From: Oceanispirochaeta sp.
GTDB taxonomy: Bacteria; Spirochaetota; Spirochaetia; DSM-2461
DNA length: 64,000 nucleotides
Assembly (NCBI GenBank): GCA_963663385.2
Contig: CAXXXD010000003.1
Span: 992,001 to 1,056,000, forward strand
Reading direction: 5' to 3'
Made by a program: the position numbers and the translations under genes. Shown here piece by piece: positions 39,026-48,921 of the stretch (its first letter is position 1; each line of letters opens with the position of its first letter). The notes beneath the pieces were generated by a model. The model saw only the letters and a program-made list of their open reading frames with translations. It ran no database searches and was not told the origin of the DNA.

Positions 39026-40264
39026 ATGTCGAAAAAATCTTTCTATCATGTACATTCCGAAGTAGGAAAACTGGATGCCGTTCTGCTTCACAGACCGGGA
39101 AAAGAGCTGGAACGACTGACTCCCCAATACCTGGAAGAACTGCTTTTTGATGATATACCCTGGCTTGGCCGTATGCAGGAAGAACATGATCTGTTTGCTG
39201 ATGTCCTCAGGAAAAGGGGCTGTGAAGTCTTCTATTACAATGAACTTCTGGAAGATATTCTCAAGGATAATAATGTCAAACAGGAGTTTATAAAGGAGCT
39301 TACAGTTTTTACCGGGATTGATCAGCTGAAGGAAAGGGATGCCATTCTTGAGCATCTTGTATCCCGCAGTCCGGAGGAGCTGACTGAGATACTGATTGCA
39401 GGTCTGCATAAAAACGAGATCAGCTATCGTGAGGACAAACGGAGTCTTGCCTATTATATAACGGATGATTATCCCTTTTATATTAATCCCCTTCCCAACC
39501 TGTATTTTACAAGAGATCCGGGAGCCGTCATCGGTGATTCTGTTTCCATCAATTCCATGAGGACAAATGCAAGAAACCGGGAGACAATGATCCTCTCATA
39601 CATTAATCGGTATCATCCCGTTATCAATGGGGGAGATAATCCCACATGGTACAGCTATAAAGAATCGGAATCCATTGAAGGCGGAGATATACTTGTGATT
39701 AACAGTCGAACCGTCGTCATCGGATGCAGCGCCAGAACATCTGCCCAGGCCATAGAAAAAATTGCAGAAAATCTGTTTAACGGAGACTCCCTCATTGAAG
39801 AAGTCCTGGTTATGCAGATACCGTTTAAAAGAGCATATATGCATCTTGATACTGTATTTACCATGCTGGACAGGGATAAATTTACCATATACCCCGGGAT
39901 AGAAAAGGATGTTAACGTATTCAGCCTCAGAAAATCCAGAGGAAAAACAGGCGGTTTGAGAATCAAGGCTCTGGATAATCTGAATATCGCCCTTGGCAGA
40001 GCTTTGAACCTGGATCATGTGACCATTATTCCCAGCGGGGGAGGGGATAAGATTACAGCTGCCCGGGAACAGTGGAACGACAGCACCAATACCCTTGCCA
40101 TTGCACCGGGAGTCGTGGTGACTTATCGCAGGAATGCCGCCTCCAATGACTCACTGAGAGAGAACGGGATTGAAGTTGTCGAAATTGAAGGATCCGAGCT
40201 GGTAAGAGGCCGGGGCGGACCCCGCTGTATGAGCATGCCCCTGAGAAGAGAAGATATTGATTGA
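39026..40264 (+). CDS. arcA: Arginine deiminase
   Basis: SEVGKL..VLLHRPG, LLFDDIP, PNLYFTRD, IEGGD, MHLDT, EQWND and GRGGPRCMSMP. Confidence 0.96.
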   Translation: MSKKSFYHVHSEVGKLDAVLLHRPGKELERLTPQYLEELLFDDIPWLGRMQEEHDLFADVLRKRGCEVFYYNELLEDILKDNNVKQEFIKELTVFTGIDQLKERDAILEHLVSRSPEELTEILIAGLHKNEISYREDKRSLAYYITDDYPFYINPLPNLYFTRDPGAVIGDSVSINSMRTNARNRETMILSYINRYHPVINGGDNPTWYSYKESESIEGGDILVINSRTVVIGCSARTSAQAIEKIAENLFNGDSLIEEVLVMQIPFKRAYMHLDTVFTMLDRDKFTIYPGIEKDVNVFSLRKSRGKTGGLRIKALDNLNIALGRALNLDHVTIIPSGGGDKITAAREQWNDSTNTLAIAPGVVVTYRRNAASNDSLRENGIEVVEIEGSELVRGRGGPRCMSMPLRREDID

Positions 40265-40312
40265 CCGGGGTTGAGGACAAATCTGTAACATGCTAAAAAT
40301 AATGCACGGAGG

Positions 40313-41314
40313 ATGAGAATTATGCCTGTAAATTTAAGAGGGAAACATTTTCTTACATTAAAAGATTTTACGCCGGAGGAAATTCAGTACATGCTGGACC
40401 TTTCCCTGGATCTGAAACGCAAGAAACGGGCCGGGATAAAAGGAAATCTTCTGGAGGGACGCAATATAGTCCTTCTTTTCGAAAAGGCTTCCACAAGAAC
40501 CAGATGTGCTTTTGAAACCGCGGCCTTTGATGAGGGCGGAAATGTAACCTTTCTGACAAACAGTCAGATGGGAAAAAAAGAGTCTATCGAAGATACGGCA
40601 AAAGTACTGGGACGTTTCTATGACGGGATTGAATTCCGTGGATTCAAACAGGAAACTGTGGAAGACCTTGCCAGGTATGCGGGGGTCCCCGTATGGAATG
40701 GTTTGACAGATCTGTATCACCCCACACAGATCCTTGCGGACTTTCTGACTGTAATGGAACACTGTGACAAGCCTCTGAACAAGGTGAAATTTATTTATGC
40801 CGGCGACTCCCGCAATAATATGGGAAATTCATTGATGATTGGCGCGGCCAAAATGGGTATGCATTTTGTTGCTCTGGCACCGAAGGAGCTTTTCCCTTCC
40901 GAAGAGCTTGTTGCTGAAATGAATGAAGTCGCCAGAGAAACCGGCGCTGTAATTGAACTGTCCGAGAGTCTGGATGCCGTAAAGGATGCGGATGTTATCT
41001 ACACCGATGTATGGGTATCCATGGGAGAAGAGAATATGTTTGAGGAGAGAATCAAACAGCTCAAACCCTATCAGGTCAATATGGACATGATTAAAAAGAC
41101 CGGTAATGAGGATGTGCTTTTTATGCACTGTCTGCCCGCATTCCATGACAGGGAAACCAGTATCGGACAGGACGTTTATGAAAAGTTCGGTCTGGAGTCC
41201 ATGGAAGTAACGGATGACGTTTTCAGAAGTAAACACTCTGTTGTTTTCGACGAAGCCGAAAACAGAATGCACACCATCAAAGCCGTAATGGTAGCCACCA
41301 TCGGCAACCTCTAA
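40313..41314 (+). CDS. argF: Ornithine carbamoyltransferase (catabolic ArcB by context)
   Basis: [21 protein letters not shown] and EAENR; directly follows arcA. Confidence 0.95.
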   Translation: MRIMPVNLRGKHFLTLKDFTPEEIQYMLDLSLDLKRKKRAGIKGNLLEGRNIVLLFEKASTRTRCAFETAAFDEGGNVTFLTNSQMGKKESIEDTAKVLGRFYDGIEFRGFKQETVEDLARYAGVPVWNGLTDLYHPTQILADFLTVMEHCDKPLNKVKFIYAGDSRNNMGNSLMIGAAKMGMHFVALAPKELFPSEELVAEMNEVARETGAVIELSESLDAVKDADVIYTDVWVSMGEENMFEERIKQLKPYQVNMDMIKKTGNEDVLFMHCLPAFHDRETSIGQDVYEKFGLESMEVTDDVFRSKHSVVFDEAENRMHTIKAVMVATIGNL

Positions 41315-41325
41315 TTAATATAATA

Positions 41326-41364
41326 CCCCCTCTCCCCTTGGGAGAGGGGATTAAGGGGTGAGGG
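41326..41364. repeat. REP-like GC-rich palindrome / bidirectional terminator between convergent genes
   Basis: CCCCCTCTCCCC-TT-GGGAGAGGGGATTAAGGGGTGAGGG. Confidence 0.65.
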
Positions 41365-41370
41365 AGAGCC

Positions 41371-43182
41371 CTACAACCGCAGAATCCTTTTTCCGAAAGC
41401 CGATTCAACAATACTGCTCAGGGCTTTATCATTCATCCAGCTTCTATCCGGTGTGCCGGATATGTCCAGTCCCTTCATCTGTGATGAGTCGGCTATCATT
41501 TCCATAGCCAGATGGGCTTCCCGAAAGGTCAGGCCTTCGCCTTCCGCATTAACCACATCCGTGCTTATTCTGACAACAAATCCGTCTGTTCCGTTTCCAG
41601 CTTTCCTCAGGGCATTTATCATGATTTCCCGCATTCCCATCAAATCCACATCCTCCATGGTATAGGCAAGAATGCCGGTTTCCCGTATTTTTAGAATCTC
41701 TTCTTTTTCTGCTTCCCGAAGTCCAACCAATACGGTGTTTTCCGGAGAAATACAGAAATTCAGTCCGTCAATATTTTTAAAATAACCAAAAGTTTTAGCT
41801 AGATAATTTTCAGGATTTTCTGAATTCTCAACTGTAAATAATGACGGAGATGGTGAAAAAATAATCAGACCCAACTGATTATAAACCTGTGCCATTCCTT
41901 TCAGTGTATCGTAAGTTTTATTCAACTCTCCACCAACAAAAATGATCTGATTATTCTTACCGATTCCGGAAATATTTTCAGGAGTAACCGGTAGATCCTT
42001 TACGGTATAGGTATATCCCAATTCCTTTATATGATTCAGGAGACTCGGGTCATCAGAAAGAGGTGAGCCTCCAATCATAACGATTTCCGGATTATCCATA
42101 ATACTCTTCACTCCCGTTATATGAGTTTTCTTTACATAGTTTGAAGTCATTGCCGCCAGCAGGGCTCCGTAGTTCATATTAAAGAGTATTGAGTCTCCCA
42201 GTTCGGGAGGAGGTGATACGGCTGTCACATCCAGCAGCAGATGATCGCTTGACGCCCCCAGGATAATTGCATTTTTATCACGGGGAATAAGATTGTCTAC
42301 TATCACATCTTCCCTTCCCACATTAAGGATGGCCCGGACTATATTCCCCTTGTCTGAGAAAACCGGTTTTACACCGAAGGCATCCATTCCTGTTTCGCCG
42401 ATAGGGACGGATGGTTTGGTCTTCAGCTCAATCAGCTCAGCGGATAGCTGAAACGCATCATCAGAACAACCCTGCCAGATACGTCCCCTGACGGTTTCCC
42501 TTCCCAGGGCTATGGCTTCTCCAATCCTTAAATGGTTGATTCTGCCGGGCATACCGCCTTCCAGAAGGAGGGGAAGGGAGGAGGAATTTCCTCCGGATAT
42601 GATATCCAGCTTTATATGAAAGGTCTTTTCGATCTGTTCCGCATAGCCGACAAGTTCGTTCATATTTTTCCGACTGGGAAGTACTCCGCCGAAACATGTG
42701 AGGTTCGTACCGATTCCTGCAATCCTTACACCATTCAGTTCGATTACTTCCCGGCAGATTTCCATCAGATCGGTAGGCCATATCCCTTCTCTCAAATCTC
42801 CCAGATCTACCATCAGCAGGATTTTATGAATCTTCCCCCTGCGGATGGCGGCTTCTGAAAGGGATCGAATCACCGACAGTTCGGAGTTCAGGCTTATATC
42901 TGCGTTTGAGACTATCTCATCCACCTGGGACAGAGGGGGGATCCGCAGCATTATTATAGGCGCATTGATGCCGCTTGCCCGCAGGCGTCTGATATTTTCA
43001 ATCCGTGATTCTCCCAGACTGACGGCGCCTCCTTCCAGCATAGCTCTTCCCACCTGGGGCATTCCGCAGGTTACCTTAGTAACCCCGCATACGCTGATTC
43101 CCCTCTGTCTGCAGAAATCACAGATTTTTCTGGTGTTTGTCCTGATCTTGTTAATATCAATCAATATTTCAGGACCGGACAT
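41371..43182 (-). CDS. orr: Ornithine racemase fused to a degenerate arginase-like domain
   Basis: GVTKVTCG (PLP Lys), MVDLGDLREG, GTNLTCFGG, SGGNSSS, RIGEA and GASSDH. The extra C-terminal ~240 aa resembles arginase. Last gene of the ornithine operon. Confidence 0.88.
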   Translation of the reverse strand: MSGPEILIDINKIRTNTRKICDFCRQRGISVCGVTKVTCGMPQVGRAMLEGGAVSLGESRIENIRRLRASGINAPIIMLRIPPLSQVDEIVSNADISLNSELSVIRSLSEAAIRRGKIHKILLMVDLGDLREGIWPTDLMEICREVIELNGVRIAGIGTNLTCFGGVLPSRKNMNELVGYAEQIEKTFHIKLDIISGGNSSSLPLLLEGGMPGRINHLRIGEAIALGRETVRGRIWQGCSDDAFQLSAELIELKTKPSVPIGETGMDAFGVKPVFSDKGNIVRAILNVGREDVIVDNLIPRDKNAIILGASSDHLLLDVTAVSPPPELGDSILFNMNYGALLAAMTSNYVKKTHITGVKSIMDNPEIVMIGGSPLSDDPSLLNHIKELGYTYTVKDLPVTPENISGIGKNNQIIFVGGELNKTYDTLKGMAQVYNQLGLIIFSPSPSLFTVENSENPENYLAKTFGYFKNIDGLNFCISPENTVLVGLREAEKEEILKIRETGILAYTMEDVDLMGMREIMINALRKAGNGTDGFVVRISTDVVNAEGEGLTFREAHLAMEMIADSSQMKGLDISGTPDRSWMNDKALSSIVESAFGKRILRL

Positions 43183-44566
43183 GGCAGGAGCTCCTTTCTG
43201 TTTCTTCAATCATATAGCGGTTAAGCAGGGCCACTGTATCTTTCGGATATTTTCTACTCAGAACACCAAGAGATGCCATAATGTAGGATCTGTCAATAAA
43301 GACCGCAGGTATATGCCGGGGAAGAAGATCATTCTTTCTTCCCTCCCGGAATACCCTGCGCAGCAGTTCCGTTCCGTTCTCCAGTCTTGTAAGAGCGCCG
43401 CCCGTACCAATCATACAGCTTACTGCGGTCAGATCCCTTCCTTCCGCCATGGTCCTTTTCCCCTTTGTCGTAAAGGACTCCCTGAATTTCCCGGCATGAC
43501 GATGCAGGGCTGTTTCAAGGGCGGTATAGGTCAGCAGGGAGACCAGGTGCTTGTCTCTGTCGGTTTCGGGAACCGGTTTAAGTCCTTTTACGGCATCAGT
43601 CAATTCCTCTTCTGTCAGGGATAATAATGCTGCGCTTTTTGACTTGTCCATTAAATCCAGAACATTCATCCGGTTTACGTAAACACCCAGATCCCCCTCT
43701 ACCGTCCGCTTGGCATCCGGTTCGGGGGACAACAGGATGCGGCTGATCTCCTCGCTGCCGTCTGTAACGGAATGGACATCCGTAGTAGCGCCGCCTACAT
43801 CGAAAGTAATCAGATCTCCGATCTTTTCTTTCAGCAGCCTGGAGGCTTCCATTACCGCGCCCGGGGTGGGAATTATGGGGCCGTCAACAAGAGAACGGAT
43901 TTTCTCCATGCCCGGAGCATGCACAATATGCTCTTCGAACACTTCCTGGATAATCCTTCTGGCCGGAACAACTTCCAGACGGTCGATAACAGGATAAACA
44001 TTTTCCACAATATAGAGACGGTTCGGCCTGTCTGAAAATATCTCCCGGATCTCATCATGGTTCTGAATATTCCCGGCGTAGATTACAGGAATATTCAGAT
44101 TCAGAGCCGCAATTTTTTCCGCATTATCCAGAGCGGTATCCCGTTCCCCGTAATCGACTCCTCCTGCAATCATAATGATATTCGGACGTATATCCACCAG
44201 TTTCTTCAGGTCTGTCCGGCGGATCCTTCCCGCGGTGATCTGGTGGATGTTCGCGCCGGCCCCGAGGGCCGCTTCTCTGGCAGCCCGTACGGTCATATCG
44301 TATACCAGACCGTGTACTGTCATCCTGAGCCCCCCCGCAGCGCTGCTGGAGGCCAGAAAATGTTCCCATTCGAGTTTTCCTATGCCCAGGGCATCTTTCA
44401 GATTCTCTATGGCAGCATTCAATCCTATGGTAACGTCCCCCTTTTCCACGCTTGTGGGAGCAAAGCCCTGTCCCATAAATACGGGAGAAGAGGTTCCCAT
44501 TTCCCCAAAGGCATTTACAACGGTAGTGGTACTGCCGATTTCCGCTGTCAGGACATCCGCTTTCAT
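43169..44566 (-). CDS. GlmL/MutL-related ornithine aminomutase accessory (reactivase-like) protein
   Basis: AEIGSTTT, SSSAAGGLRM, GGVDYG, DVGGATTDVHS, RTVEGDLG and IGTGG; follows oraE. Confidence 0.88.
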   Translation of the reverse strand: MKADVLTAEIGSTTTVVNAFGEMGTSSPVFMGQGFAPTSVEKGDVTIGLNAAIENLKDALGIGKLEWEHFLASSSAAGGLRMTVHGLVYDMTVRAAREAALGAGANIHQITAGRIRRTDLKKLVDIRPNIIMIAGGVDYGERDTALDNAEKIAALNLNIPVIYAGNIQNHDEIREIFSDRPNRLYIVENVYPVIDRLEVVPARRIIQEVFEEHIVHAPGMEKIRSLVDGPIIPTPGAVMEASRLLKEKIGDLITFDVGGATTDVHSVTDGSEEISRILLSPEPDAKRTVEGDLGVYVNRMNVLDLMDKSKSAALLSLTEEELTDAVKGLKPVPETDRDKHLVSLLTYTALETALHRHAGKFRESFTTKGKRTMAEGRDLTAVSCMIGTGGALTRLENGTELLRRVFREGRKNDLLPRHIPAVFIDRSYIMASLGVLSRKYPKDTVALLNRYMIEETERSSCHVRS

Positions 44567-44567
44567 A

Positions 44568-46796
44568 TCAGGACGTTTCTCCGGAGTTTTTCATTTCCCT
44601 TCTGCGCTGAACCAGAAAGGTTGCATTCATGGTGCCGTTGGAACCCCTTCCGAAGCCCTGATCCATACCGTTTTTTCTGGCCAGTTCGGGGGTTACCTGT
44701 GTTCCTCCGGCAATCAGGATAATCCTGTCCCGGATTCCCTTTTCCACACAGGTTTCATGAAGCTTCTTCATATTTTTATAGTGGATATCATCATGGCTGA
44801 TTATGGTGGAGATCATAATGGCACCCGCATTCAGTTCAATGGCGGCATCCACCAGTTTTTCTATGGGGCAGGATGTTCCCAGGTAGTGGACTTCAAAACC
44901 GAATTTTTCTATACCGCCGTGTTTGATATCGATAATCTCTCTCAATCCCACCGAGTGTTCATCTTCTCCTACCGTAGCGGCCACAATCTTCATGGGCTCT
45001 GCTTTTATATCCGCGCTGATCTCGTCATCCGACAGGATTTCCGGTTCCGGAGGAATTACCAGGCTGTTCAGATCAATGGTGTGCCGGAACTTCCCCTTTA
45101 TTTCCACACGGGTCCCTTCCGCCGCCTGCATCACTTCCGTATGGATAACCTCAACCTCATCCAGACCCATCTTCTTTCCCACTTCAATGGCTGCAAAGGA
45201 TGCGGTTCTTTCATCGATGGGGAGAAACATGGTTGTCTGAACCACACCGTCACCCAGCCATTCCATTTCGGGTTTGACAATAGGGTTCTCCCTGTATTCC
45301 CGGGTTTCCTCCATACGGACATTCACATTGTCCATTTCATCCAGTTCATCAATAAAAATGATCTTCTCCGGGTGTTCAAAGGTCCCGCCGCCGATCAGGG
45401 AGGACGGGTCCTTAACCGCTTCCTCCCCGTAGGGCTCCAGGTTGTTGTAGCCGAAATGGGCTGTTACGGGCGCCATATAATCCGCGGCCCTTTCATACAC
45501 CGTACCGGCGCCTACGCCCCCGTCCATATGCCGGATAATGGCATCGTCGTTCCGTTCGGGGTAATAGCCGGAATCCACAAAAAACCCTTCTTCCACCGCA
45601 TTGAAATAGCTTCCTGTTTCCAGCATTTCTTCCAGAAAAAGAACCGCTCTCTCTTTCAGTTCCCGTACCTTTTCGGCCAGTTCCCCCGTATCTCTTTTCA
45701 GTTCGACCATCTCCATCAAACCGTCCATTCCGGCAAAAGCCTGTTTGGCCGTATCGGTCCCCTCCATATTGTAGATATGCCAGGGCACGTTCCTCCCTTC
45801 ATCGGGAGTAATGGTGGACTGGATTTCCGCCCGGGTCAGTTTGGAAATGAGCAGGTTGAGGGTGTGGGTTACAGTCGCCTCCCTGGTGGATGACCCCATA
45901 TATTTGGTATTCTGCTGGGCACGCATCTTATACTCCCTGAACAGTTCCCGCAGGGCGACCGCATAGGGTAGGTCCAGGCGCATACAGGGGCCAGGGGGGG
46001 CTGTGGGAGGTACCGTGGAAAGGCAGATATCCTCCTTTTTCATCCCCACCTTTACAGAGAACATGGCGTTGATCCCGTGCTGGACCATCAGTTCCGGCAT
46101 GACCTTCCAGGCATCCCTTGCGGTGGCATTGGCATTATGAGCGCCGTCTATCTGGGCTATGCCGGCCCAGGCCATCACTTTTTTGGCTACCGCTGCATCC
46201 ACAAAGCTGCGAATCATATTGATGTTACGGTAGAGGACATTGTACTGGGGATCCTGATGGGCGCCGTTTACCCCCTCTTCGGCAAAGAGAACGGCAATTT
46301 CCGGACCGGCTACACCGCTCACGTAGGAGTGGTAATTGATGGGCCGTCCCACTTCATCTTCAATAAGATCCAGAGCCTTACGCTGAGCCCTGATCTGCTT
46401 GCGGGAGATCGGGACTCCGCCGATTCCCTGAGGAGTCCCCTCGATGAGCCCGTCCATATGGCTCTGTCCGGCTGTCCGGATTACCATCAGATGGTCCGCC
46501 CCGTGCCAGGCGGCCATACGCATACGCCTGATATCATCTTCGAAGCGACCCGATGCAATTTCCGTTGTTATGGTACTGGTGGGTTGGGGATCAATATCGT
46601 TAAAGTAGTGACCAGCAGGCAGAGGCTGCCCCTGTTTCAGGTTCTCGGAGGTATCATAGTATTCGAATTTTCCTATCTGCCGTTTCTGACCGGCACCTTT
46701 CCGCCATACCCAGTTTCTTCGCCTGGGACGGTAGTTCTCCAGATCCTTCAGTATTTCCTGAACGTTCAATTTTTCATTTCTGTCTAGTGCATTCAT
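44568..46796 (-). CDS. oraE: D-ornithine 4,5-aminomutase, E subunit (AdoCbl/PLP)
   Basis: EIASGRFEDDIRRMRMAAWHGADH, HQDPQYN, the B12 motif DEHSVG and PLP-Lys DIKHGG. Confidence 0.95.
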   Translation of the reverse strand: MNALDRNEKLNVQEILKDLENYRPRRRNWVWRKGAGQKRQIGKFEYYDTSENLKQGQPLPAGHYFNDIDPQPTSTITTEIASGRFEDDIRRMRMAAWHGADHLMVIRTAGQSHMDGLIEGTPQGIGGVPISRKQIRAQRKALDLIEDEVGRPINYHSYVSGVAGPEIAVLFAEEGVNGAHQDPQYNVLYRNINMIRSFVDAAVAKKVMAWAGIAQIDGAHNANATARDAWKVMPELMVQHGINAMFSVKVGMKKEDICLSTVPPTAPPGPCMRLDLPYAVALRELFREYKMRAQQNTKYMGSSTREATVTHTLNLLISKLTRAEIQSTITPDEGRNVPWHIYNMEGTDTAKQAFAGMDGLMEMVELKRDTGELAEKVRELKERAVLFLEEMLETGSYFNAVEEGFFVDSGYYPERNDDAIIRHMDGGVGAGTVYERAADYMAPVTAHFGYNNLEPYGEEAVKDPSSLIGGGTFEHPEKIIFIDELDEMDNVNVRMEETREYRENPIVKPEMEWLGDGVVQTTMFLPIDERTASFAAIEVGKKMGLDEVEVIHTEVMQAAEGTRVEIKGKFRHTIDLNSLVIPPEPEILSDDEISADIKAEPMKIVAATVGEDEHSVGLREIIDIKHGGIEKFGFEVHYLGTSCPIEKLVDAAIELNAGAIMISTIISHDDIHYKNMKKLHETCVEKGIRDRIILIAGGTQVTPELARKNGMDQGFGRGSNGTMNATFLVQRRREMKNSGETS

Positions 46797-46801
46797 AATT
46801 A

Positions 46802-47191
46802 TCAGCCCGCCTGGATGTGAGATGTTGTACCGGATGGGGAAACAAAGAGAGCGGCTGTTTCATCCCAGAGTTCGTTATCAGCCAGAGCCAGCCCGGCTGA
46901 TCTGAGATCCAGATCCCTGGACCGGGAGAGTTTATATACCAGATGCCCCGCACCATGTTCCAGCAGCCCCCTGTCGATGGCGCCCTGAACAATGGCTTTG
47001 CTTTCGATGCTGGAGAATCCCATACGCAGAAGAACCGAACGTTCGATGGATGGGGAGGTGTGAGTCCGGGCCATATCTACAATGGGATCCATGAGTTTGC
47101 CGCACAGTTCCCAGAACCGTTCTTCCAGCTGTTTCTCACTTAAACCTGCCAGGTGCTGTCTTCTCTGTTCAAAATCGTCTTTTCGTTCCAT
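46802..47191 (-). CDS. oraS: D-ornithine 4,5-aminomutase, S subunit
   Basis: RKDDFEQRRQHL..L...RFW, HTSPSIERSVLLRMGFSS and GAGH. Confidence 0.93.
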   Translation of the reverse strand: MERKDDFEQRRQHLAGLSEKQLEERFWELCGKLMDPIVDMARTHTSPSIERSVLLRMGFSSIESKAIVQGAIDRGLLEHGAGHLVYKLSRSRDLDLRSAGLALADNELWDETAALFVSPSGTTSHIQAG

Positions 47192-48605
47192 CTTTTATCC
47201 TCATCAGTGATTCAATGGCATTGCTGACCCATACCGGATCGGTTTTTGTCTCTTCCGCCATATATTTCAGGTCCTGTGCCGTCGGCTCTGTTCCGTTTAA
47301 TGATTCCAGGCAGTTTTTGATATAGGATAAACGGATCCGGTTAAGATCAAGATCTACAGCCCGAATCAGGGAAGGGTGCTCAGGAAGGATGATCGATTCA
47401 CCCGGGATCTCCTCTCCGGGGTCGCCGAAGCGCAACTCAATGCCGTTCTCCCTGGCGAAGGAAAGCTGAGGCTGCAGGTGTTTCCCCGCACCCGTGTATT
47501 CGGTCTCCTGAACAAGTATAATCTGATCCTCCTCCATTTCCCGGGCAATGGAGAAAGCTGCCGCAAGGGAAGTATTTCCTGCGGGTCCTCTCTCCAGGCC
47601 CTCTATCTGAGCCAGGGTTTCGGTTATATAAAAAACCTCCCCCTGCCTGACTGTCACATACCGGTCCAGGTAGCGCAGGGGGCGGCCGGCGGAACGGGGC
47701 ACATCAGAACGGTCCGGGTTAACCGCAAAAGGGATGCCGAATCCGGTATGACCCGTTGTAAAGGATTTGCGGTTAAACTGCCTGTCGCTGGCCATATGCA
47801 GCCCGCTAAGGTCAACACTTGCCCCTATAATCCGCGTACCGGGGGCTCCGGCTTTCTGCAGCCCCCGGGCTGTTCCGGTCACATTTCCCCCGCCGGCTGT
47901 GGTAATCACAACCGCATCCGGATTTTTTCCGCAGAGAGCCTTCATCTGTTCGGGAATTTCATACCCGAGAGTTTCTATTCCGGCGATACCAAAGGGCGTA
48001 TAGAGGGAGGCATTGAAAAATCCCGTCTCCTCCAGAAGCTGCAGAAAGGTATAGAAGAGCTCCGGACCTACGGAGAGCTGTATAACTTCTGCACCGTAAG
48101 CCTCGCACTTCCTCGCTTTCTCAATGATTTCCGGCTGCCCCTTGCCCCCGGAGTCGTAACACTCCTGTACAATGATGCATTTGAGTCCCTGCATGGCAGC
48201 CTGGCTGGCAACAGCGGCACCATAGTTTCCGCTGGTGGCTGCTATGACTCCCCTGTACCCCAGCTTTTTGGCATGGTAGACACTGACTGCCGCCCGGCGG
48301 GCTTTAAAACTGCCCGAGGGGTTGGCTGCTTCATCTTTCAGGAAGATCCGGGCCCCCTTGCCGGTTTCCGCTGTTTCCCGGCAAAGGGCCGTCAGGTTTC
48401 TCAGTTCATAAACGGGGGTATTTCCAACCCCCCCTGACTTCTGTATGTTCTGTATTTCCTCAAGGGAATACCCGACATCCCTCATCATGCCCTCGAAATC
48501 AAAAGCAATGGATCCGGATTCGAACCGGCTGTAATCAATCCCCACGGCTTTTTTCATGATCTCGCCTTTCCGTTTCATCAGATCATTGTAACTGCCCTTA
48601 CTCAC
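47169..48605 (-). CDS. ortB: 2-amino-4-ketopentanoate thiolase beta subunit
   Basis: PLP fold-type II: VGNTP, NPSGSFKARRA, TSGNYG and ERGPAGNTS; operon context. Confidence 0.93.
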   Translation of the reverse strand: MSKGSYNDLMKRKGEIMKKAVGIDYSRFESGSIAFDFEGMMRDVGYSLEEIQNIQKSGGVGNTPVYELRNLTALCRETAETGKGARIFLKDEAANPSGSFKARRAAVSVYHAKKLGYRGVIAATSGNYGAAVASQAAMQGLKCIIVQECYDSGGKGQPEIIEKARKCEAYGAEVIQLSVGPELFYTFLQLLEETGFFNASLYTPFGIAGIETLGYEIPEQMKALCGKNPDAVVITTAGGGNVTGTARGLQKAGAPGTRIIGASVDLSGLHMASDRQFNRKSFTTGHTGFGIPFAVNPDRSDVPRSAGRPLRYLDRYVTVRQGEVFYITETLAQIEGLERGPAGNTSLAAAFSIAREMEEDQIILVQETEYTGAGKHLQPQLSFARENGIELRFGDPGEEIPGESIILPEHPSLIRAVDLDLNRIRLSYIKNCLESLNGTEPTAQDLKYMAEETKTDPVWVSNAIESLMRIKDGTKRRF

Positions 48606-48912
48606 CGGCAGCCTCCCTTTCAGCCAGGATCTGTTTTACCTGACGGCCGATATGAAGAGTTTCGGGGATACAGAACCCCCAGGAGTGGCTGAACCGTGGG
48701 TTCTTCTCCAATAGACAGCCTGTAATACGGCGGCCGATTATGGTTTCTATTTCCACTTCGTCGCCAGGGGACGCATTGTCGTTTACAAGGAATCCCTTGT
48801 CCCACATTTCAAGGGGAACCTTTCTGGTATCTTCCGGTATCCGGGAGGCTCTCTCTTCCGGTGTAAGGAGAATCTTATGTATTCTTACCCAATCACCTTT
48901 CTTTGCATTCAT
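48598..48912 (-). CDS. ortA: 2-amino-4-ketopentanoate thiolase alpha subunit
   Basis: KKGDWVRIH..L.PEERA..PEDT.KVPLEMW.KGFL. Confidence 0.92.
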   Translation of the reverse strand: MNAKKGDWVRIHKILLTPEERASRIPEDTRKVPLEMWDKGFLVNDNASPGDEVEIETIIGRRITGCLLEKNPRFSHSWGFCIPETLHIGRQVKQILAEREAAGE

Positions 48913-48921
48913 AGGGACTCC

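Noticed and set aside
44175..45893. 572-aa plus-strand ORF
   Set aside because: Antisense shadow of oraE and the glmL-like gene; no recognisable motifs.
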